Positions 62,338 to 64,000 of a stretch of 64,000 bases of DNA are shown one piece after another. The translations under genes and the position numbers were made by a program. Source of the DNA: Rhynchobatus australiae (taxonomy: Eukaryota); NCBI GenBank assembly GCA_034780895.1, contig JAUZTB010000098.1, forward strand, positions 76,786,993-76,850,992, given 5' to 3'. Each line of letters opens with the position of its first letter. The first letter of the stretch is position 1. The notes under the pieces were generated by a model. That model saw only the letters and a program-made list of their open reading frames with translations. It did not search any database and was not told where the DNA came from.

Positions 62338-62611
62338 GGGCGGCACGGTAGCGTAAGGGCGGCACGGTAGCGTAGTGGTTAGCACGACGCTATTACAGCA
62401 CCAGTGACCCGGGTTCGATTCCCGCCGCTGCCTGTAAGGAGTTTCTACGTTCTCCCGCGTCTGCCTGGGTTTCCTCCGGGTGCTCCGGTTTCCTCCCACA
62501 TTTCAAAGACGGGCGGGTAGGTTAATTCGGGGTTTAAAAATGGGCGGTGTGGACTCGTTGGGCTGGAAGGGCCTGCTACCACGCTGTAAATAAAATTTAA
62601 ATTTAAAATTT
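62338..62611 (+). mobile_element. tRNA-derived V-SINE (HE1-like), near full length, with duplicated 5' 18-mer
   Basis: A box TAGCGTAGTGG at 62368-62378, B box GGTTCGATTCC at 62412-62422, V-domain GGGTTTCCTCCGGGTGCTCCGGTTTCCTCCCACA, LINE-like tail and (TTTAAA)-type end. Confidence 0.88.
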
Positions 62612-62886
62612 ACTCTGTACTGTTATTGTTTTTACCTGTACTACATCAATACACTTTGTACTGACCCAATGTAACTGCACTGTGTAACGAATTGACCTGT
62701 ACGATCGGTGTGCAAGACAAGTTTTTCACTGGACCTCGGGACAAGTGACAATAACAAACCAATACCAATACTAACTCAATGTAACCGCACTGTGCAGTGA
62801 ATTGACCCGTACGATCGGTGTGCAAGACAAGTTTTCACTGGACCTCAGTACAAGTGACAATAACAAACCAATACCAATACCAATAC
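62612..62886 (+). mobile_element. Non-LTR retrotransposon 3' tail (possibly Rex1/Babar-like), tandemly duplicated, with (CAATAC)n end
   Basis: Two copies of CAATGTAAC..GTACGATCGGTGTGCAAGACAAG..TTCACTGGACCTC..ACAAGTGACAATAACAAACCAATAC. Confidence 0.6.
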
Positions 62887-63294
62887 CATGACCCTCCTGA
62901 TTACACAATCAGGTCACCCTTGGGCTCCTACGCTCCGGAGAAAATGGACCTCAGCCTAACTCCCAGTCTCTCCCAGACTCCTGCTGAGGTTCCCGGCGCA
63001 CGGGGGCCAGCAAGACGCGGCGGAGGGGTGGGGGGGGTGGGGGTGGGTGGGGATGGCGAGCACACCGGGTCACAGGAGAAACGCGCAGAGCTCAGGGGGC
63101 CGGGATGGGACAGCGTCACTCGCTGGTGCTGGGCTTCAGCAGCACTACCCGCTGCGGGACTCCGCACCCCACCCGGTGTAGATGCTGCGCCAGTGGGTTC
63201 GTCCGGCCGGGCGCTCATCAGGAGTCGCAGTGGGGTTTGCGGGTTTTGTGGGGAGCAGCAGATCACGGCGTGCCCAGGCAACGACTGGCCAGTC

Positions 63295-63972
63295 AGAGAC
63301 ACTGAAGGACCGCAGATGCTGGGATCTGGATGCAAATCACGGTGACGCCGGAGGAACTCAGCGGGCCGGGCAGCATCTGTGGAGAAAAGCAGGCGGGTCA
63401 ACGTATCTGCTCGGAGACCTTCCCTCCGGACTGAAGATTGGGGAAGGGGAAGCCCGATATATCGGAGGGAAAAGCAGAGCAGTGATAGGTCGAAAAAAGA
63501 AGGGAGGTGAAGTGGGCAGAAGGTGGCGATAGGCGATAGGTAGACACACCCAGTGATGGGCGGGTGCGGGAGGAGGAGGGGAGAGCAGATCCATCGGGGG
63601 TATTGGTATTGGTGTTGGCTTATTAGTCACTTGTACGGAGGTCCAGTGAAAGACTTGTCTTGCACACCGATCGCACGGGTGAATTCATAACGCAGTGCAG
63701 TTACACTGAGTCAGTACAGAGAGCATTGAGGTACTACAGGTAAAAACAGTAACAGTACAGAGTAAAGTGTCACAGCTACAGAGAAAGTGCAGTGCAGGTA
63801 GACAATAAGGTGCAAGGTCACAACAANNNNNNNNNNNNNNNNNNNNNNNNNNNNNNNNNNNNNNNNNNNNNNNNNNNNNNNNNNNNNNNNNNNNNNNNNN
63901 NNNNNNNNNNNNNNNNNNNNNNNNNNTGTGTTGCTCCAGAGTCCAGCATCTGCAGAATCTCTTGTGTCTCAG
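63295..63972. mobile_element. Same inverted-terminus element family, interrupted by a LINE tail and a gap
   Basis: GCAGATGCTGGGATCTGGA..GGAGGAACTCAGC at about 63311 and TGTTGCTCCAGAGTCCAGCATCTGCAGAATCT at about 63929. Confidence 0.6.
63599..63826 (-). mobile_element. Inverted copy of the same retrotransposon tail
   Basis: Reverse complement of 62612-62770; related decayed copies near 1940-2175, 19030-19170 and 31605-31740. Confidence 0.65.
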
Positions 63973-64000
63973 TTGGTAAATTTGATCCAAAATTGGCTTG

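Noticed and set aside
62357-62430. tRNA-like sequence with A and B boxes
   Set aside because: It continues into a V-SINE core and LINE-derived tail, so it is a SINE head and not a tRNA gene
62818-63630. Overlapping 175-, 157- and 116-aa ORFs
   Set aside because: Low-complexity G/P/A/R translations of GC-rich repeat-derived DNA with no recognisable domain

Overview
Eukaryotic (vertebrate) genomic DNA from a gapped draft assembly. The repeat content (HE1/V-SINE-like SINEs, HER1/CR1-type LINEs, Penelope-derived palindromic elements) points to a cartilaginous fish, probably a batoid; this is an inference. Two minus-strand genes lie in tandem, in the order known from human 6p22. The first is the 3' end of KIF13A (exons 61457-47382, 3'UTR to about 45.9 kb). 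The second is the first 16 coding exons of NUP153 (ATG at 28944, CpG-island promoter, running off the left edge after the exon with three RanBP2-type zinc fingers); all 16 exons splice GT-AG in one frame (2401 nt). Highlights: (1) this KIF13A keeps a C-terminal CAP-Gly domain with a variant GKHQG motif, a domain normally described as KIF13B-specific; (2) a cluster of known and candidate in-frame cassette exons in KIF13A, flanked by RBFOX/QKI motifs; (3) a decayed two-gene Harbinger/PIF transposon (transposase plus convergent Myb/SANT gene) at about 32.8-35.6 kb that the ORF track does not show; (4) a GC/CpG-shifted repeat cluster at 62.3-64 kb; (5) four Pumilio elements in the KIF13A 3'UTR. 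No prokaryotic systems, CRISPR arrays, rRNA or true tRNA genes were found.
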